A stretch of DNA of 64,000 nucleotides from Gammaproteobacteria bacterium (GTDB lineage: Bacteria; Pseudomonadota; Gammaproteobacteria; Eutrophobiales; Eutrophobiaceae): positions 192,001 through 256,000 of the forward strand of contig CAXMWX010000005.1 of assembly GCA_963422205.2 (NCBI GenBank), read 5' to 3'. The position numbers and the translations under genes are program-made. The notes below the pieces were generated by a model. It saw only the letters and a program-made list of their open reading frames with translations, had not been told where the DNA came from and did no database searches. Below, in pieces: positions 11,371-23,759 of this stretch (its first letter is position 1; the number at the start of each line of letters is the position of its first letter).

Positions 11371-14300
11371 TTAACTGCCCGGCACTTGCAGCAGCGGTAT
11401 CTGCTTGTCTTCAGCCGCTTCTGTCGCCGGTATGAGGGAGTTCGCAACCGACGATGCTGCCTCAGGCTCTGCGGTTGGCATCACCGCCCCTTGCGTCGAA
11501 TCCTCCTCCGCCTTGTTGCGTCTTTCCGTGTGATAAGCCAGGCCAGTGCCAGCCGGGATCAGGCGCCCGACGATCACGTTTTCCTTCAAGCCGCGCAACT
11601 CATCACGCTTGCCATTCACGCTGGCTTCGGTCAGCACCCGGGTGGTCTCCTGGAATGAGGCCGCCGAGATAAACGACTCGGTAGACAATGACGCCTTGGT
11701 GATGCCCAGCAGCACCGGCTCATACTCCGCCGGCTGCTTGTCATCGGCAATCAGCGCCTCATTCTCCTCATCCACCCGGGCACGCTCTGCCTGCTCGCCC
11801 TTGAGCAGGCTGGAATCGCCCGGTGCGGTGATCTCGCAACGCCGCAGCATCTGCCTGACGATCAACTCTATGTGCTTTTCGTTGATCCTGACGCCCTGCA
11901 GGCGGTAGACCTCCTGAATCTCATTCACAATGTATTCGGTCAAGGTATGCACGCCCTTCAGACGCAGAATGTCATGCGGTGCGGGCGGGCCATCGACAAC
12001 AACATCGCCTTTTTCCACATACTCGCCTTCAAATACATTAATATCACGCCATTTGGGGATCAACGCTTCGTAGGTCTCGCCATCTGCATCGGCGATAACC
12101 AGCCGTCGCTTGCCCTTGGTCTCTTTACCAAAGCTGACGGTGCCGGTTTTCTCGGCCAGGATGGCTGGCTCCTTCGGTTTTCTGGCCTCAAATAAATCAA
12201 TCACACGTGGCAGACCACCGATGATATCACGGGTTTTTAACGACTCCTGTGGCAAGCGGGCGATCACATCACCCACCGTCACCGGATCCCCATCGGCCAC
12301 GGTAACCACAGCCTTGGGAGGAAGCGGATAGTGTGCAGGAATATCCGTGCCTGGAATTTTTAACTCATCGCCCTCCTCATTGACCAGTTGCACCACAGGA
12401 CGCATGTCCTTGACGCTGCGAAATTTCGGATCTTTATTCATCTCCTCGCGTCTTTTCTTTCTCTCATTATCATCCTTGCCCTTGACCACAACAAGACGCC
12501 CGGTCGACTTGTCTATAAAGCCATCCTTTTTCAAGTTGGGATTCGGCATGATGATCACTATCTCGGTCAGACCAGTGACCTCATCCACCCGCCGTTCCAT
12601 CGTCACACTTTCAGTAATATCACTGAACTTCGTCCGGCCTGCCACCTCGGAGATGACTGGGTGAGTGTGTGGGTCCCAACTGGCAATCCTGGCAGCCGCC
12701 GCAATCGTGTCGCCATCGGCCACGGTCAGCACCGCACCGTAAGGGAGTTTGTAACGCTCACGCTCACGACCCACCTCATCCAGCAACGAGACCTCGCCAG
12801 AGCGGGAAACCACAACCCGCTTGCCGCCGCCCTGATCCAGCAATTTGACATTATCCAAGCGTATGCGACCGCCATATTTGACCTCAATCGCGCTGACGGC
12901 CGCCGCCCGTGAAGCGGCACCACCGATGTGGAAGGTACGCAAGGTCAGCTGGGTGCCCGGCTCGCCGATCGATTGTGCCGCCACCACACCGACCGCCTCG
13001 CCCCTGCTGACCAAGTGGCCGCGCCCCAGATCACGGCCATAACACATGGCGCAGATGCCATAGCGGGTATGGCAGGTGATGGCCGAGCGCACATACACCT
13101 CATCAATGCCTTTCTCATCCAGCCTGGCTACCCACTCCTCGTCCAGCAAGGTGCCCGCGGCGGCAACCACGTCCTCTGTACCCGGTTTCACCGCATCCCT
13201 GGCCAGCACCCGACCCAGGATACGCTCAGCCAGATGTTCAACCACATCGCCGCCTTCAATGATCGATGTCATCCTCAGCCCCTCACCGGTGCCACAATCA
13301 TGCTCAACCACCACCAAGTCCTGGGCCACATCCACCAGCCGACGCGTGAAATAACCGGCATTCGCCGTCTTCAGGGCAGTATCGGTCAGCCCCTTGCGCG
13401 CACCGTGGGTGGAGATGAAGTACTGCAACACATCCAGCCCTTCACGAAAGTTGGCGGTGATCGGCGTCTCAATAATGGCACCGTCCGGCTTGGTCATCAG
13501 GCCACGCATACCGGCCAACTGCCTGATCTGTACGGCTGAACCACGGGCGCCGGAATCGGCCATCATATAAATAGAGTTAAATGACGGCTCGCTGATCGCC
13601 TGGCCCTGCTCGTCGGTGACCACATCCACGCCCAGCGTGTCCATCATCGCCTTGGCCACCTGATCATTGGTGTGCGACCAGATATCCACGACCTTGTTAT
13701 AGCGCTCGCCATCGGTGATGAGGCCAGAGGTATATTGCTGCTCAAATGTCCTGACCTGCGCTTCGGCATTGCTGATGATGCTGGTCTTCTGATCTGGAAT
13801 GACTATATCCTCAACACCAAAAGAGACACCGGCACGGGTGGAATAATAAAAACCGGTATACATGAGTTGATCAGAAAAGATAACTGTCGTCTTCAGCCCC
13901 TCCTGTCGATAGCAGGTGTTGATTAACTTCAATATCTCTTTTTTATTTAAGGGTTTGTTCACCAGCGAGAACGGCATACCGGCAGGCAGGATGCGCGATA
14001 ACAGGGCCCGGCCCACTGTGGTTTCCACGCGCTCATGGCGGCTGATTTTCCCCCCTGCCTCATCCATAATGCACTGCTCGATCCTGACCTGTATCCTGGC
14101 ATGAAGATCTACCACGTTTGTCTCATGGGCGCGATGCACCTCATCAACATCGGCAAACACCTTGCCGCCGCCCCTGGCCGCCGCTGATTCCCGCGTCATG
14201 TAATACAGGCCCAACACCACATCCTGGGTAGGCACGATGATCGGCTCACCGTTGGCCGGCGATAAGATATTATTGGTGGACATCATCAAGACCCTGGCCT

Positions 14301-15735
14301 CCAGTTGTGCCTCCACAGACAGCGGGACGTGCACAGCCATCTGATCGCCGTCAAAGTCCGCATTAAACGCAGTACACACCAGCGGATGCAGTTGTATGGC
14401 CTTGCCTTCAATCAGCACCGGCTCAAACGCCTGAATCCCCAGCCGGTGCAAGGTGGGCGCCCGGTTAAGCATCACCGGATGTTCACGAATCACCTCTTCC
14501 AGAATATCCCAGACCTCCGAGCCTTCCCGTTCAACCAGTTTTTTCGCCGCCTTAATGGTGGTCGCCAGACCACGACGCTCCAGCTTGCTGAAGATGAATG
14601 GCTTGAATAATTCCAGCGCCATTTTCTTCGGCAGACCGCACTGATGCAGTTTCAAGGTGGGCCCGACCACAATGACCGAGCGGCCAGAGTAATCCACCCG
14701 CTTGCCCAGCAGGTTCTGCCGAAAACGTCCCTGCTTGCCCTTGATCATGTCCGCCAGGGATTTTAATGGCAGCTTGTTCGTGCCCGTGATGGCACGCCCT
14801 CGACGGCCATTATCCAGCAGGGCATCCACGGCCTCCTGCAACATGCGCTTCTCGTTACGGACGATAATATCGGGCGCATTGAGATCCAGCAGACGTTTCA
14901 AGCGGTTGTTGCGATTAATCACGCGCCGGTACAGATCATTCAGATCGGAAGTAGCGAAGCGACCGCCATCTAATGGCACCAGTGGCCGCAGCTCCGGTGG
15001 CAGCACGGGCAACACCTCCATCACCATCCATTGCGGCTTGTTACCGGACTTTTGAAACCCTTCAAGCAGCTTTAAGCGTTTGGAGAGCTTACGCAGCTTG
15101 GTCTCTGATTTGGTTTGCGGAATCTGCTCCCGCAATTCGTCGACTTCCAGATCAATATCGATGCGGATCAGCAGTTCGTGGATGGCCTCGGCCCCCATTT
15201 TTGCCTCAAATTCATCGCCATATTGTTCCAGTGCCTCCAGGTAGTTTTCCTCTGTCAGCAACTGGCCACAGGCTAATTGTGTCATGCCAGGCTCAACCAC
15301 CACATAGGCCTCGAAATACAACACCCGCTCAATCTCGCGCAGGGTCATATCCAGCAGCAGACCCATTCTGGATGGCAACGACTTCAGATACCAGATATGC
15401 GCTACCGGGCTGGCCAGTTCAATATGCCCCATGCGCTCCCGACGTACCTTGGACAAGGTAACCTCAACCCCGCATTTCTCGCACACCACGCCCCGGTGCT
15501 TCAAGCGCTTGTATTTACCACACAGGCATTCGTAGTCTTTTGTCGGGCCGAAGATCTTGGCGCAAAACAGGCCATCGCGCTCCGGCTTAAACGTGCGATA
15601 GTTAATGGTCTCGGGTTTTTTCACCTCGCCATAAGACCAGGAGCGTATTTTTTCAGGTGATGCCAGGCCGATGGAAATACAATCGAATTCATCCGCCTGG
15701 CCTTGCTGCTTTAATAATTTGAGTAAGTCTTTCAA
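11371..15735 (-). CDS. rpoC: RNA polymerase beta-prime subunit (TTG start)
   Basis: NADFDGD catalytic motif, N-terminal Zn-binding cysteines, 1454 aa. Confidence 0.99.
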   Translation of the reverse strand: MKDLLKLLKQQGQADEFDCISIGLASPEKIRSWSYGEVKKPETINYRTFKPERDGLFCAKIFGPTKDYECLCGKYKRLKHRGVVCEKCGVEVTLSKVRRERMGHIELASPVAHIWYLKSLPSRMGLLLDMTLREIERVLYFEAYVVVEPGMTQLACGQLLTEENYLEALEQYGDEFEAKMGAEAIHELLIRIDIDLEVDELREQIPQTKSETKLRKLSKRLKLLEGFQKSGNKPQWMVMEVLPVLPPELRPLVPLDGGRFATSDLNDLYRRVINRNNRLKRLLDLNAPDIIVRNEKRMLQEAVDALLDNGRRGRAITGTNKLPLKSLADMIKGKQGRFRQNLLGKRVDYSGRSVIVVGPTLKLHQCGLPKKMALELFKPFIFSKLERRGLATTIKAAKKLVEREGSEVWDILEEVIREHPVMLNRAPTLHRLGIQAFEPVLIEGKAIQLHPLVCTAFNADFDGDQMAVHVPLSVEAQLEARVLMMSTNNILSPANGEPIIVPTQDVVLGLYYMTRESAAARGGGKVFADVDEVHRAHETNVVDLHARIQVRIEQCIMDEAGGKISRHERVETTVGRALLSRILPAGMPFSLVNKPLNKKEILKLINTCYRQEGLKTTVIFSDQLMYTGFYYSTRAGVSFGVEDIVIPDQKTSIISNAEAQVRTFEQQYTSGLITDGERYNKVVDIWSHTNDQVAKAMMDTLGVDVVTDEQGQAISEPSFNSIYMMADSGARGSAVQIRQLAGMRGLMTKPDGAIIETPITANFREGLDVLQYFISTHGARKGLTDTALKTANAGYFTRRLVDVAQDLVVVEHDCGTGEGLRMTSIIEGGDVVEHLAERILGRVLARDAVKPGTEDVVAAAGTLLDEEWVARLDEKGIDEVYVRSAITCHTRYGICAMCYGRDLGRGHLVSRGEAVGVVAAQSIGEPGTQLTLRTFHIGGAASRAAAVSAIEVKYGGRIRLDNVKLLDQGGGKRVVVSRSGEVSLLDEVGRERERYKLPYGAVLTVADGDTIAAAARIASWDPHTHPVISEVAGRTKFSDITESVTMERRVDEVTGLTEIVIIMPNPNLKKDGFIDKSTGRLVVVKGKDDNERKKRREEMNKDPKFRSVKDMRPVVQLVNEEGDELKIPGTDIPAHYPLPPKAVVTVADGDPVTVGDVIARLPQESLKTRDIIGGLPRVIDLFEARKPKEPAILAEKTGTVSFGKETKGKRRLVIADADGETYEALIPKWRDINVFEGEYVEKGDVVVDGPPAPHDILRLKGVHTLTEYIVNEIQEVYRLQGVRINEKHIELIVRQMLRRCEITAPGDSSLLKGEQAERARVDEENEALIADDKQPAEYEPVLLGITKASLSTESFISAASFQETTRVLTEASVNGKRDELRGLKENVIVGRLIPAGTGLAYHTERRNKAEEDSTQGAVMPTAEPEAASSVANSLIPATEAAEDKQIPLLQVPGS

Positions 15736-15794
15736 CGCTCACTACCTCCGGGGTATGGTGTGATCTTGTTTTTTGAGTCTGTGATCTGGCATCC

Positions 15795-18700
15795 CTAGTT
15801 ATCCAACTCGATATCTATGGCCAGCGAGCGGATCTCCTTGAGCAACACATTAAACGACTCCGGCATACCGGCTTCTATGTAATGATCGCCATCGACGATG
15901 TTTTTATACATTTTAGTCCGACCATTGACATCGTCTGATTTAACCGTCAGCATTTCCTGCAAGGTATAGGCCGCACCGTAGGCCTCCAGCGCCCAGACCT
16001 CCATCTCACCAAAACGCTGCCCGCCGAATTGGGCCTTGCCGCCCAGTGGCTGCTGCGTCACCAGGCTGTACGGCCCGGTCGAACGGGCGTGCATTTTATC
16101 ATCCACCAGATGATTTAATTTCAACATGTACATATAACCGACCGTGATACGGCGCTCAAAGGCATCACCCGTGCGGCCATCATACAACACACTCTGACCA
16201 TCAGCTGCCAGCCCGGCCAACGCCAGCATGGCCTTGATCTCACCTTCGCTGGCACCATCAAAAACGGGCGTGGCCATAGGCACACCGTTTTGCAAGTTGC
16301 CGGCCAGGGCCATGATGTCGGCATCGGATAATGCCGCCAGGTCCTCGCTACGCCCGCTGGCGTTATAGATCTGTCCTAAAAATTTACGCAGCCGGGCGAT
16401 ACTCGCCTGTGCCTGCAACATGCGCCCGAGCTTATTACCCAGGCCCTTGGCCGCCCAGCCCAGATGGGTCTCCAGCACCTGACCCACATTCATGCGTGAG
16501 GGTACGCCCAGCGGATTTAACACGACATCCACCGGCGTACCATCTTCCAGATACGGCATGTCTTCAACCGGGACGATGCTGGATATGACGCCTTTATTGC
16601 CATGCCGACCGGCGATCTTGTCGCCCGGCTGCATACGGCGTTTTACCGCCAGATAGACTTTGACCATTTTCAACACACCCGGGGCCAAATCATCGCCCGT
16701 GGTCAGCTTGGCACGCTTCTCCTCAAACTTCTTATCAAAGTTCTCTTTCAATTCCTTGAGTTGTGATGCTGCCTCATCCAGCAGGCGAGTCGCCGCCTCG
16801 TTTTTCAGGCGGATCTCCGTCCACCGCAGGCGTGGCGTTGTCTGCAAATACGTCTCGGTGATCCGGCTGCCAGCCTCCAGCCCGTTCGGGCCACCGGCTG
16901 CGATCTTGTCGATGAGGTGTCGCTGCATCCGCTGATAAACGCCATCTTCCATGATACGCAGCTGATCATTTAAGTCTTTACGTACCCGGTTTAACTCAGC
17001 CTCTTCAATCTCCAGGGCACGGGCATCTTTTTCTACCCCATCACGAATGAAGACCTGCACATCAATCACCGTGCCATTGGTGCCGGACGGTACGCGCAGC
17101 GAGGTGTCTTTGACATCGGACGCCTTCTCACCGAAGATCGCCCGCAGCAATTTCTCCTCCGGCGTCAACTGCGTCTCCCCCTTGGGCGTGACCTTGCCAA
17201 CGAGGATATCGCCAGCGTTGACTTCAGCACCGATAAAGACAATGCCGGACTCATCCAGCTTGTTCAGCGCATGCTCGCTGACGTTCGGGATATCCGCCGA
17301 GATCTCTTCCGGCCCCAGCTTGGTATCGCGGGCAACGCAGGTCAGCTCCTCAATATGAATCGTGGTGTAACGGTCTTCCTGCACCAGATTCTCAGAAATC
17401 AGGATAGAGTCTTCAAAGTTGTACCCATTCCACGGCATGAAGGCGACCATCAGGTTCTGCCCCAGGGCCAGCTCGCCCATATCAGTGGACGGGCCATCGG
17501 CCAGTACATCGCCGCAGGCCACCTGATCACCGGGCCTGACCAGCGGTTTTTGGTTGATGCAGGTGTTTTGGTTGGATCGGGTATATTTTGTCAAGTTGTA
17601 AATATCCACACCCGGATCACCCGCGATGACATCCTTGTCATTGACCCGAATCACAATACGGCTGGCATCCACAGAATCGACCGTACCGCCGCGCCCGGCA
17701 ACCACGGTGACGCCGGAGTCAATCGCCACCGCACGCTCCATGCCAGTGCCAACCAGGGGCTTCTCCGCCTTCAGGGTTGGCACGGCCTGGCGCTGCATGT
17801 TTGAACCCATCAGGGCGCGGTTGGCATCATCGTGTTCCAGGAACGGAATCAGGGAGGCGGCAACCGAGACGATCTGCCGCGGTGATACGTCCATATAATT
17901 AATCCTATCAGGAGATGACAGGACGGATTCATTGCGGGTGCGGGATGGAATCAACTCATCAACCAGCCTGCCCCTGGCATCTACGTTTGTGTTCGCCTGG
18001 GCGATAACATAATCGCCTTCCTCAATGGCGGACAGGTAGTCGGTCTCATCGGTCACCCGGCCGGCCACCACCTTGCGGTAAGGCGTCTCCAGAAACCCGT
18101 ATTCATTGGTACGGGCGTACACCGCCAGAGAATTGATCAAACCAATGTTCGGCCCTTCAGGCGTCTCAATCGGGCAAACCCGGCCATAGTGTGTTGGGTG
18201 GACGTCACGCACCTCAAAGCCGGCGCGCTCACGGGTCAGCCCGCCCGGGCCAAGGGCGGAGATGCGCCGTTTATGAGTCACCTCGGACAAGGGATTATTC
18301 TGATCCATGAATTGCGATAGCTGGCTGGAGCCAAAAAATTCCTTGATCACGGCAGAGACTGGCTTGGCATTGATGATCTCCTGCGGCATCAAGCCTTCGG
18401 ACTCGGCCAGGCTCAGGCGTTCTTTGACGGCACGTTCCACCCGCACCAGGCCAATGCGGAATTGATTCTCCGCCATCTCACCGACACTTCTAACGCGACG
18501 ATTACCCAGGTGATCAATATCATCAATCGTGCCCTTGCCGTTGCGGATATCCACCAGGGACCTCATCACATCGACAATATCCGAATCCATACCACGGAAT
18601 AAGGCCCGCAAATCAGCATAGCTGGCCAGGGCTTTGCGGGCCTTCTCATTGATGTGTTGTAACAACAACTGCATCTCGGCCTTGAGATCGGCCAGTTGCA

Positions 18701-20036
18701 GCTTCTGCTCATCTTTCCTGGTCAGCAGAGAACCGGCAAAGTATTCGCCATCAAAAAGCACGCCGGTACCCGTGAGTGCTTCACGCCCAGCCCGACGATT
18801 GAATTTCATTCTGCCAACGGCGGACAAGTCATAACGTTCAGCGGTAAAAAACAGGTTGCGAAACAGGCCCTCAGCCGCTTCTTTGGTGGGCGGTTCGCCA
18901 GGGCGCATCATGCGATAGATCTCGATCTGCGCCTCCAGTTGCGAATTGGTGGTATCAATTCGCAGGGTATCGGAGATAAAAGACCCTCGGTCCAGATCAT
19001 TGGTGAACAGGGTTTCAAACTCAAAATCCTTGTTCTCAGTGAGGGTTGCGATGATCTCCTCGGTCATTTCCGTATTCGCCGGCAGAAGTATCTCACCGGT
19101 TTCTGTATCGACTATATCCCGGGCGATGACCTGACCCAGCAAATAATCGGCCGGTACCTCCAGCTGTTTTATACCGGCCTTCTCAAGCCGGCGGATATCC
19201 CTGGCGGTGATGCGCCGCTCTGCTTCAAGCAGCACCTTGCCGTTTTTATCCAGAATATCGAAGTTGACGGTCTCACCGCGCAAGCGCTCGGCCACCAGCG
19301 CCAGGTTGACTGTGCCATCCTCGATATGAAAGACATGGGTATCAAAAAAAGTATCCAGTATCTGCTGGGTGGTGTAACCCAGGGCGCGCAACAATATCGT
19401 GGCCGGGATCTTGCGGCGTCTGTCGATACGGCAATACAGCAGATCTTTCGCATCAAATTCAAAATCCAGCCAGGAGCCACGATAAGGGATCACACGGGCA
19501 GAATAAAGCAGCTTGCCAGAGGAGTGGCTTTTCCCTTTATCATGCTCAAAAAACACGCCGGGAGAGCGGTGCAGTTGGGAGACGATCACCCGCTCTGTGC
19601 CGTTGATGACAAAGGTGCCGGTATCGGTCATGAGGGGTATTTCACCCATGTACACATCCTGCTCCCTGACATCCTTGACCACTTTGTTATTCAGGCCAGC
19701 CTCCTTGTCATAGATGATCAAGCGTGCCTTGACGCGCAATGAGGCAGCATAAGTCAGCCCTCTTAACTGGCATTCCTTGACATCAAATACAGGCACACCC
19801 AGGCGGTAACCTGCATACTCCAGCACGGCATTGCCTGAATAGGACTCGATGGGGAATACGGATTGAAATGCCGCATGTATGCCCATATCGCGGCGGCTGT
19901 CCTCATCGCTTTCCAGCTGCAAAAACTTCTCGTAGGAATTACGCTGCATCGCCAGCAGATACGGCACAGGAAGGACACTCTGACGTTTGCCGAAATCCTT
20001 TCTAATGCGTTTCTTTTCAGTATAGGAATAAGTCAT
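15795..20036 (-). CDS. rpoB: RNA polymerase beta subunit
   Basis: [13 protein letters not shown] start, [10 protein letters not shown] rif cluster, GRHGNKG. Confidence 0.99.
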   Translation of the reverse strand: MTYSYTEKKRIRKDFGKRQSVLPVPYLLAMQRNSYEKFLQLESDEDSRRDMGIHAAFQSVFPIESYSGNAVLEYAGYRLGVPVFDVKECQLRGLTYAASLRVKARLIIYDKEAGLNNKVVKDVREQDVYMGEIPLMTDTGTFVINGTERVIVSQLHRSPGVFFEHDKGKSHSSGKLLYSARVIPYRGSWLDFEFDAKDLLYCRIDRRRKIPATILLRALGYTTQQILDTFFDTHVFHIEDGTVNLALVAERLRGETVNFDILDKNGKVLLEAERRITARDIRRLEKAGIKQLEVPADYLLGQVIARDIVDTETGEILLPANTEMTEEIIATLTENKDFEFETLFTNDLDRGSFISDTLRIDTTNSQLEAQIEIYRMMRPGEPPTKEAAEGLFRNLFFTAERYDLSAVGRMKFNRRAGREALTGTGVLFDGEYFAGSLLTRKDEQKLQLADLKAEMQLLLQHINEKARKALASYADLRALFRGMDSDIVDVMRSLVDIRNGKGTIDDIDHLGNRRVRSVGEMAENQFRIGLVRVERAVKERLSLAESEGLMPQEIINAKPVSAVIKEFFGSSQLSQFMDQNNPLSEVTHKRRISALGPGGLTRERAGFEVRDVHPTHYGRVCPIETPEGPNIGLINSLAVYARTNEYGFLETPYRKVVAGRVTDETDYLSAIEEGDYVIAQANTNVDARGRLVDELIPSRTRNESVLSSPDRINYMDVSPRQIVSVAASLIPFLEHDDANRALMGSNMQRQAVPTLKAEKPLVGTGMERAVAIDSGVTVVAGRGGTVDSVDASRIVIRVNDKDVIAGDPGVDIYNLTKYTRSNQNTCINQKPLVRPGDQVACGDVLADGPSTDMGELALGQNLMVAFMPWNGYNFEDSILISENLVQEDRYTTIHIEELTCVARDTKLGPEEISADIPNVSEHALNKLDESGIVFIGAEVNAGDILVGKVTPKGETQLTPEEKLLRAIFGEKASDVKDTSLRVPSGTNGTVIDVQVFIRDGVEKDARALEIEEAELNRVRKDLNDQLRIMEDGVYQRMQRHLIDKIAAGGPNGLEAGSRITETYLQTTPRLRWTEIRLKNEAATRLLDEAASQLKELKENFDKKFEEKRAKLTTGDDLAPGVLKMVKVYLAVKRRMQPGDKIAGRHGNKGVISSIVPVEDMPYLEDGTPVDVVLNPLGVPSRMNVGQVLETHLGWAAKGLGNKLGRMLQAQASIARLRKFLGQIYNASGRSEDLAALSDADIMALAGNLQNGVPMATPVFDGASEGEIKAMLALAGLAADGQSVLYDGRTGDAFERRITVGYMYMLKLNHLVDDKMHARSTGPYSLVTQQPLGGKAQFGGQRFGEMEVWALEAYGAAYTLQEMLTVKSDDVNGRTKMYKNIVDGDHYIEAGMPESFNVLLKEIRSLAIDIELDN

Positions 20037-20081
20037 TACCGCTCCTTCAAGTTGGCACAACGGGGTAGTACAGACATCGAT

Positions 20082-20462
20082 TTATTTCAGCTCGACAGTC
20101 GCACCGGCCTCTTCAAGCTGCTTTTTCAACTCCTCAGCCTCATCTTTGCTGGCCGCTTCCTTGAGCGTTGAAGGTGCGCCCTCCACCATGTCTTTCGCCT
20201 CTTTAAGACCTAATGCCGTCACCGCACGCACGACCTTGATCACGCCGACTTTGTTATCACCAAAGCTGGCCAGCACAACGTCAAACTCGGTTTTCTCTTC
20301 CACAGCAGCCGCACCATCATCGGCCGCCGGCCCGGCGGCAACGGCAACCGGTGCAGCCGCAGAGACGCCCCAGGATTGTTCCAGCTCGGAAATAAGATCG
20401 ACCAGCTCCATGACTGGCATGTTGTTTAAGGTTTCTTTGATTTCATCTTTTGATACAGCCAT
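20082..20462 (-). CDS. rplL: 50S ribosomal protein L7/L12
   Basis: GVSAAAPV hinge, [18 protein letters not shown]. Confidence 0.98.
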   Translation of the reverse strand: MAVSKDEIKETLNNMPVMELVDLISELEQSWGVSAAAPVAVAAGPAADDGAAAVEEKTEFDVVLASFGDNKVGVIKVVRAVTALGLKEAKDMVEGAPSTLKEAASKDEAEELKKQLEEAGATVELK

Positions 20463-20505
20463 TACTCTGCTCCTCATTTACGATCGTTTTACTTGAAGTG
20501 ATAAA

Positions 20506-21027
20506 TCAGGCCGCCTGATCCCGCCTGGCGGCGAGCAAGCGCACAAACTTTGCCTCCGGCTCTGCCAGCAGACGCACAAACTTGCCCAGCGGTGCCTGCA
20601 TGAGACCAAGCAACAGGGCACGTGCCTGTTCCAGGGAAGGCAATTCTGCCAGTCGGTCAATGTCCTCAGCGGCTAACAACTGACCATCCATCGCCACCAG
20701 CCTGACCACCAGCTTGTCATTTTCCCGGGCAAAATCGCGGATAACCCGAGCCGCCGAACCCGGCTCATCGCCAGAGAATGCCAGCACCAAAGGACCGACC
20801 AGCTTCTCCCGCATACAGTCGAACTTCGTGCCTTCCAGGGCGCGCCGGGCCAGGGTGTTGCGAACAACCCGCAGGTAGACACCGGCTGCCCGTGCTGAGC
20901 GCCTGAGATCGGTCATCTCCACAACGTTCAAGCCAGCATATTCGGCGGCAATCGCCGTTGGTGCCTGGGCGGCAATCGCCGCAACGTCACTGACAATGAC
21001 CTGTTTCTGCTCTAATGTAAGACTCAC
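20506..21027 (-). CDS. rplJ: 50S ribosomal protein L10
   Basis: RVVRNTLARRA, LAELPS; position between rplA and rplL. Confidence 0.97.
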   Translation of the reverse strand: MSLTLEQKQVIVSDVAAIAAQAPTAIAAEYAGLNVVEMTDLRRSARAAGVYLRVVRNTLARRALEGTKFDCMREKLVGPLVLAFSGDEPGSAARVIRDFARENDKLVVRLVAMDGQLLAAEDIDRLAELPSLEQARALLLGLMQAPLGKFVRLLAEPEAKFVRLLAARRDQAA

Positions 21028-21159
21028 TACCGCTTACCCTCCTCTTGCCGTGTTACAGACATAGCCCCGGCAGAGAACACAGTCTGACCGGCACTCCCTA
21101 AGACACTATATCCGGCTAACAATCACGGTGAACTGGTGCAGTCAACCTGTACCGGGCTA

Positions 21160-21268
21160 CACCGTCTGCGTAGGCTAAGTTCCTGCATGAGATCAACACA
21201 TCACCGCTGATCCCATGCAGGTATGCCGTAAATTTAAGAACACTCTCACCTACGGTCTTTGACGGCTG
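21160..21268 (-). ncRNA. L10 leader (rplJ autoregulatory mRNA element)
   Basis: Minus strand CCGTCAAAGACCGTAGG...TTAAAT...CCTACGCAGACGG, matching the L10_leader pattern, upstream of rplJ. Confidence 0.8.
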
Positions 21269-21349
21269 TCAGTCCATCCGCCAGCCCAAAGTCTCCAGAT
21301 TAAATTTTCAATCAATACCATGCAGCGCAGCCTGTTCACGCCCACGCCC

Positions 21350-22039
21350 CTACAAGGTGCTCTGATCAACCACCACGCCCGGCCCCATCGTGCTCGACAG
21401 CGAGACCTTACGCAGGTAGATGCCCTTGGCGCTGGCGGGTTTTACCTTGTGCAGGTCGGCCAGCAGGCAGGCCAGGTTTTCCTCAAGAGCCGCCGCAGAA
21501 AAAGACGCCTTGCCTATACCACAATGAATAATGCCGTTCTTATCGGCACGGTAGCGCACCTGACCGGATTTTGCATTGCTCACGGCCTGTTTGATATCCT
21601 GGCTGACTGTACCGACCTTCGGATTCGGCATCAGCCCCCGAGGGCCGAGCACCTTGCCCAACTTACCCACCACAGGCATGGCATCGGGGGCCGCAATGAC
21701 AATGTCAAAATCCATAAAACCCGCGTGAATCTTTTCCGCCAGATCATCCATGCCGACATGCTCTGCCCCGGCATCTGTGGCATCTTTCGCCTGTCCGCCC
21801 TGGGCGAAAACGGCGACCCGCATGGTTTTACCGGTGCCCTTCGGCAGGACGATGGCGCCCCGGACGACCTGGTCTGACTTTCTTGGATCGATACCCAGGT
21901 TGACCGCAACCTCAACAGTCTCATCAAATTTTGCCGTGGCACAGGCCTTTACCAGCTTCAAGGCATCAGGCAGCGCATAATCTCTGGTGTTATCCATTTG
22001 CTTCAGGAGCGCCTGCTGGCGCTTGCTCAACCTTGCCAT
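21350..22039 (-). CDS. rplA: 50S ribosomal protein L1
   Basis: [25 protein letters not shown]. Confidence 0.99.
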   Translation of the reverse strand: MARLSKRQQALLKQMDNTRDYALPDALKLVKACATAKFDETVEVAVNLGIDPRKSDQVVRGAIVLPKGTGKTMRVAVFAQGGQAKDATDAGAEHVGMDDLAEKIHAGFMDFDIVIAAPDAMPVVGKLGKVLGPRGLMPNPKVGTVSQDIKQAVSNAKSGQVRYRADKNGIIHCGIGKASFSAAALEENLACLLADLHKVKPASAKGIYLRKVSLSSTMGPGVVVDQSTL

Positions 22040-22041
22040 GC

Positions 22042-22473
22042 CTAGACGCCCTCGGTTTCCAGCCCCATGCTGCGGGCGGTACCGGCCACGGTACGTACAG
22101 CCGCTTCCAGATCATTGGCACTTAGGTCAGGCTGCTTGGTCCTGGCAATTTCCTCCAGTTGCACACGGGTCACCTTGCCGACCTTGTGGGTGTTCGGTGT
22201 ACCGCTGCCGCTGTTAATGCCAGCCGCCTGCTTTAACAAATAGGAGGCTGGCGTTGTCTTGGTCAGAAAGGTAAAACTTTTATCACTGTAGACCGTAATT
22301 ACCACAGGCACAGGCAAGCCCGGCTCCATGGATTGTGTCTGGGCGTTAAACGCCTTGCAAAACTCCATGATGTTCAAGCCGTGCTGGCCTAATGCCGGGC
22401 CGACGGGCGGGCTGGGATTGGCCTGTCCTGCGGGCACTTGCAGCTTGATATAGGTATCAATTTTTTTTGCCAT
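22042..22473 (-). CDS. rplK: 50S ribosomal protein L11
   Basis: [15 protein letters not shown]. Confidence 0.99.
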   Translation of the reverse strand: MAKKIDTYIKLQVPAGQANPSPPVGPALGQHGLNIMEFCKAFNAQTQSMEPGLPVPVVITVYSDKSFTFLTKTTPASYLLKQAAGINSGSGTPNTHKVGKVTRVQLEEIARTKQPDLSANDLEAAVRTVAGTARSMGLETEGV

Positions 22474-22604
22474 GCGAATATTCCTCCGGGGGCAAATGGG
22501 TCACGGACGGATTATCCGAAACTCGCCGGCGACTTAATTTACGTAATGTACTTTCAGCTAACATCGATCGGGTTATTCTGCATACATGAATTGACGGCTT
22601 GCTG

Positions 22605-23138
22605 TTATTCTTTTTCTACCTGGGTAAACTCAAGCTCAACAGGCGTTGAACGGCCAAAGATCAGCACGGAAACCCGAAGGCGGCTTTTTTCATAATTCAC
22701 CTCTTCCACCATACCGCTGAAATCCGTGAACGGGCCGTCAGTGACCCGCACCACTTCGCCCGCCTCAAACAAGACCTTTGGCCTCGGCTTGTCAACGCCT
22801 TCCTCTACACGCTGTAATATCGTATCGGCCTCTGCATCGGATATGGGCGCCGGTTTATCCGATGTGCCGCCGATAAATCCCAGCACCTTGGGGGATTCTT
22901 TTATCAGATGCCAGGTGGCCTCGTTCATGTCCATCTGCACCAGCACATAACCGGGGAAAAATTTTCTGTCACTCTTGCGTTTTTTCCCATCACGCATCTC
23001 GACCACTTCTTCAGTCGGCACCAGTATCTTGCCGAACTGCTCCTTAAAACCACTGCGGTCAACCCGATCCTTGATCGTTTGCATCACTTTCTGTTCATAG
23101 CCTGAATACGCCTGCACAACATACCATTTCAATGACAT
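22605..23138 (-). CDS. nusG: Transcription termination/antitermination factor NusG
   Basis: [29 protein letters not shown]. Confidence 0.99.
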   Translation of the reverse strand: MSLKWYVVQAYSGYEQKVMQTIKDRVDRSGFKEQFGKILVPTEEVVEMRDGKKRKSDRKFFPGYVLVQMDMNEATWHLIKESPKVLGFIGGTSDKPAPISDAEADTILQRVEEGVDKPRPKVLFEAGEVVRVTDGPFTDFSGMVEEVNYEKSRLRVSVLIFGRSTPVELEFTQVEKE

Positions 23139-23151
23139 TGCATCAGGCCCC

Positions 23152-23526
23152 TTACCCGCCGATCACAAGGCGTATCAGCTTGCCCAGCAAGCTGTCCAGC
23201 AGCCAGAAAAACAAGGCGGCAACAATCACAGTGAAGATAACCAGTAACGTGGTTTGCCCTGTCTCCTGTCTGGTCGGCCAGATAACTTTCCTGACCTCTA
23301 TCTGCGCGCTATGGGAAAATTCCCAAAACGCCTTCCCCTGGCTGGACTGCATAAAAACCCATGCCGCTATGCCGATAGCAACCAGCAAACCCATCACCCG
23401 GGTTAGCTGGGATTGCTCTTCATAGACATAAAAACCGGCTATCGCAGCGATGATGATCGCAATAGCGATGGCGATCTTGACCTTATCCAGCACAGGACGG
23501 CTGGCCGCTTCAGTGTTTAAACTCAT
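23152..23526 (-). CDS. secE: Preprotein translocase subunit SecE (3-TM type); start uncertain
   Basis: [13 protein letters not shown], three hydrophobic segments. Confidence 0.95.
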   Translation of the reverse strand: MSLNTEAASRPVLDKVKIAIAIAIIIAAIAGFYVYEEQSQLTRVMGLLVAIGIAAWVFMQSSQGKAFWEFSHSAQIEVRKVIWPTRQETGQTTLLVIFTVIVAALFFWLLDSLLGKLIRLVIGG

Positions 23527-23566
23527 ATTCACCATACATGGATTAACCAGCACTATTCATCTTCAA

Positions 23567-23642
23567 TGGCAGGCCAGGAGGGAATCGAACCCCCAACCTG
23601 CGGTTTTGGAGACCGCCGCTCTGCCAATTGAGCTACTGGCCT
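23567..23642 (-). tRNA. tRNA-Trp (CCA)
   Basis: 76-nt cloverleaf AGGCCAG...CTCCAAA...GGTTCGATTCC...CTGGCCTGCCA. Confidence 0.96.
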
Positions 23643-23759
23643 TATCTTTAACAGTACGGCAGGCATCCATGCCGCCACAGCTTAAAAATCAGCAACGCCA
23701 GCTTCGCCATCCCAACCATTAAACAACACCCGACTTGCCAGCCAACCCCATCCTTCAAG

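Noticed and set aside
18200-18345. Rifampicin-resistance alleles in rpoB
   Set aside because: Cluster I ([25 protein letters not shown]) matches the sensitive consensus.
12412-18755. RNAP insertions as inteins or introns
   Set aside because: Too short, no Cys/Ser...His-Asn termini, reading frames uninterrupted.
18696-19742. 348-aa plus-strand ORF antisense to rpoB
   Set aside because: Shadow ORF opposite a conserved essential gene; no recognisable motifs; expected from codon bias.
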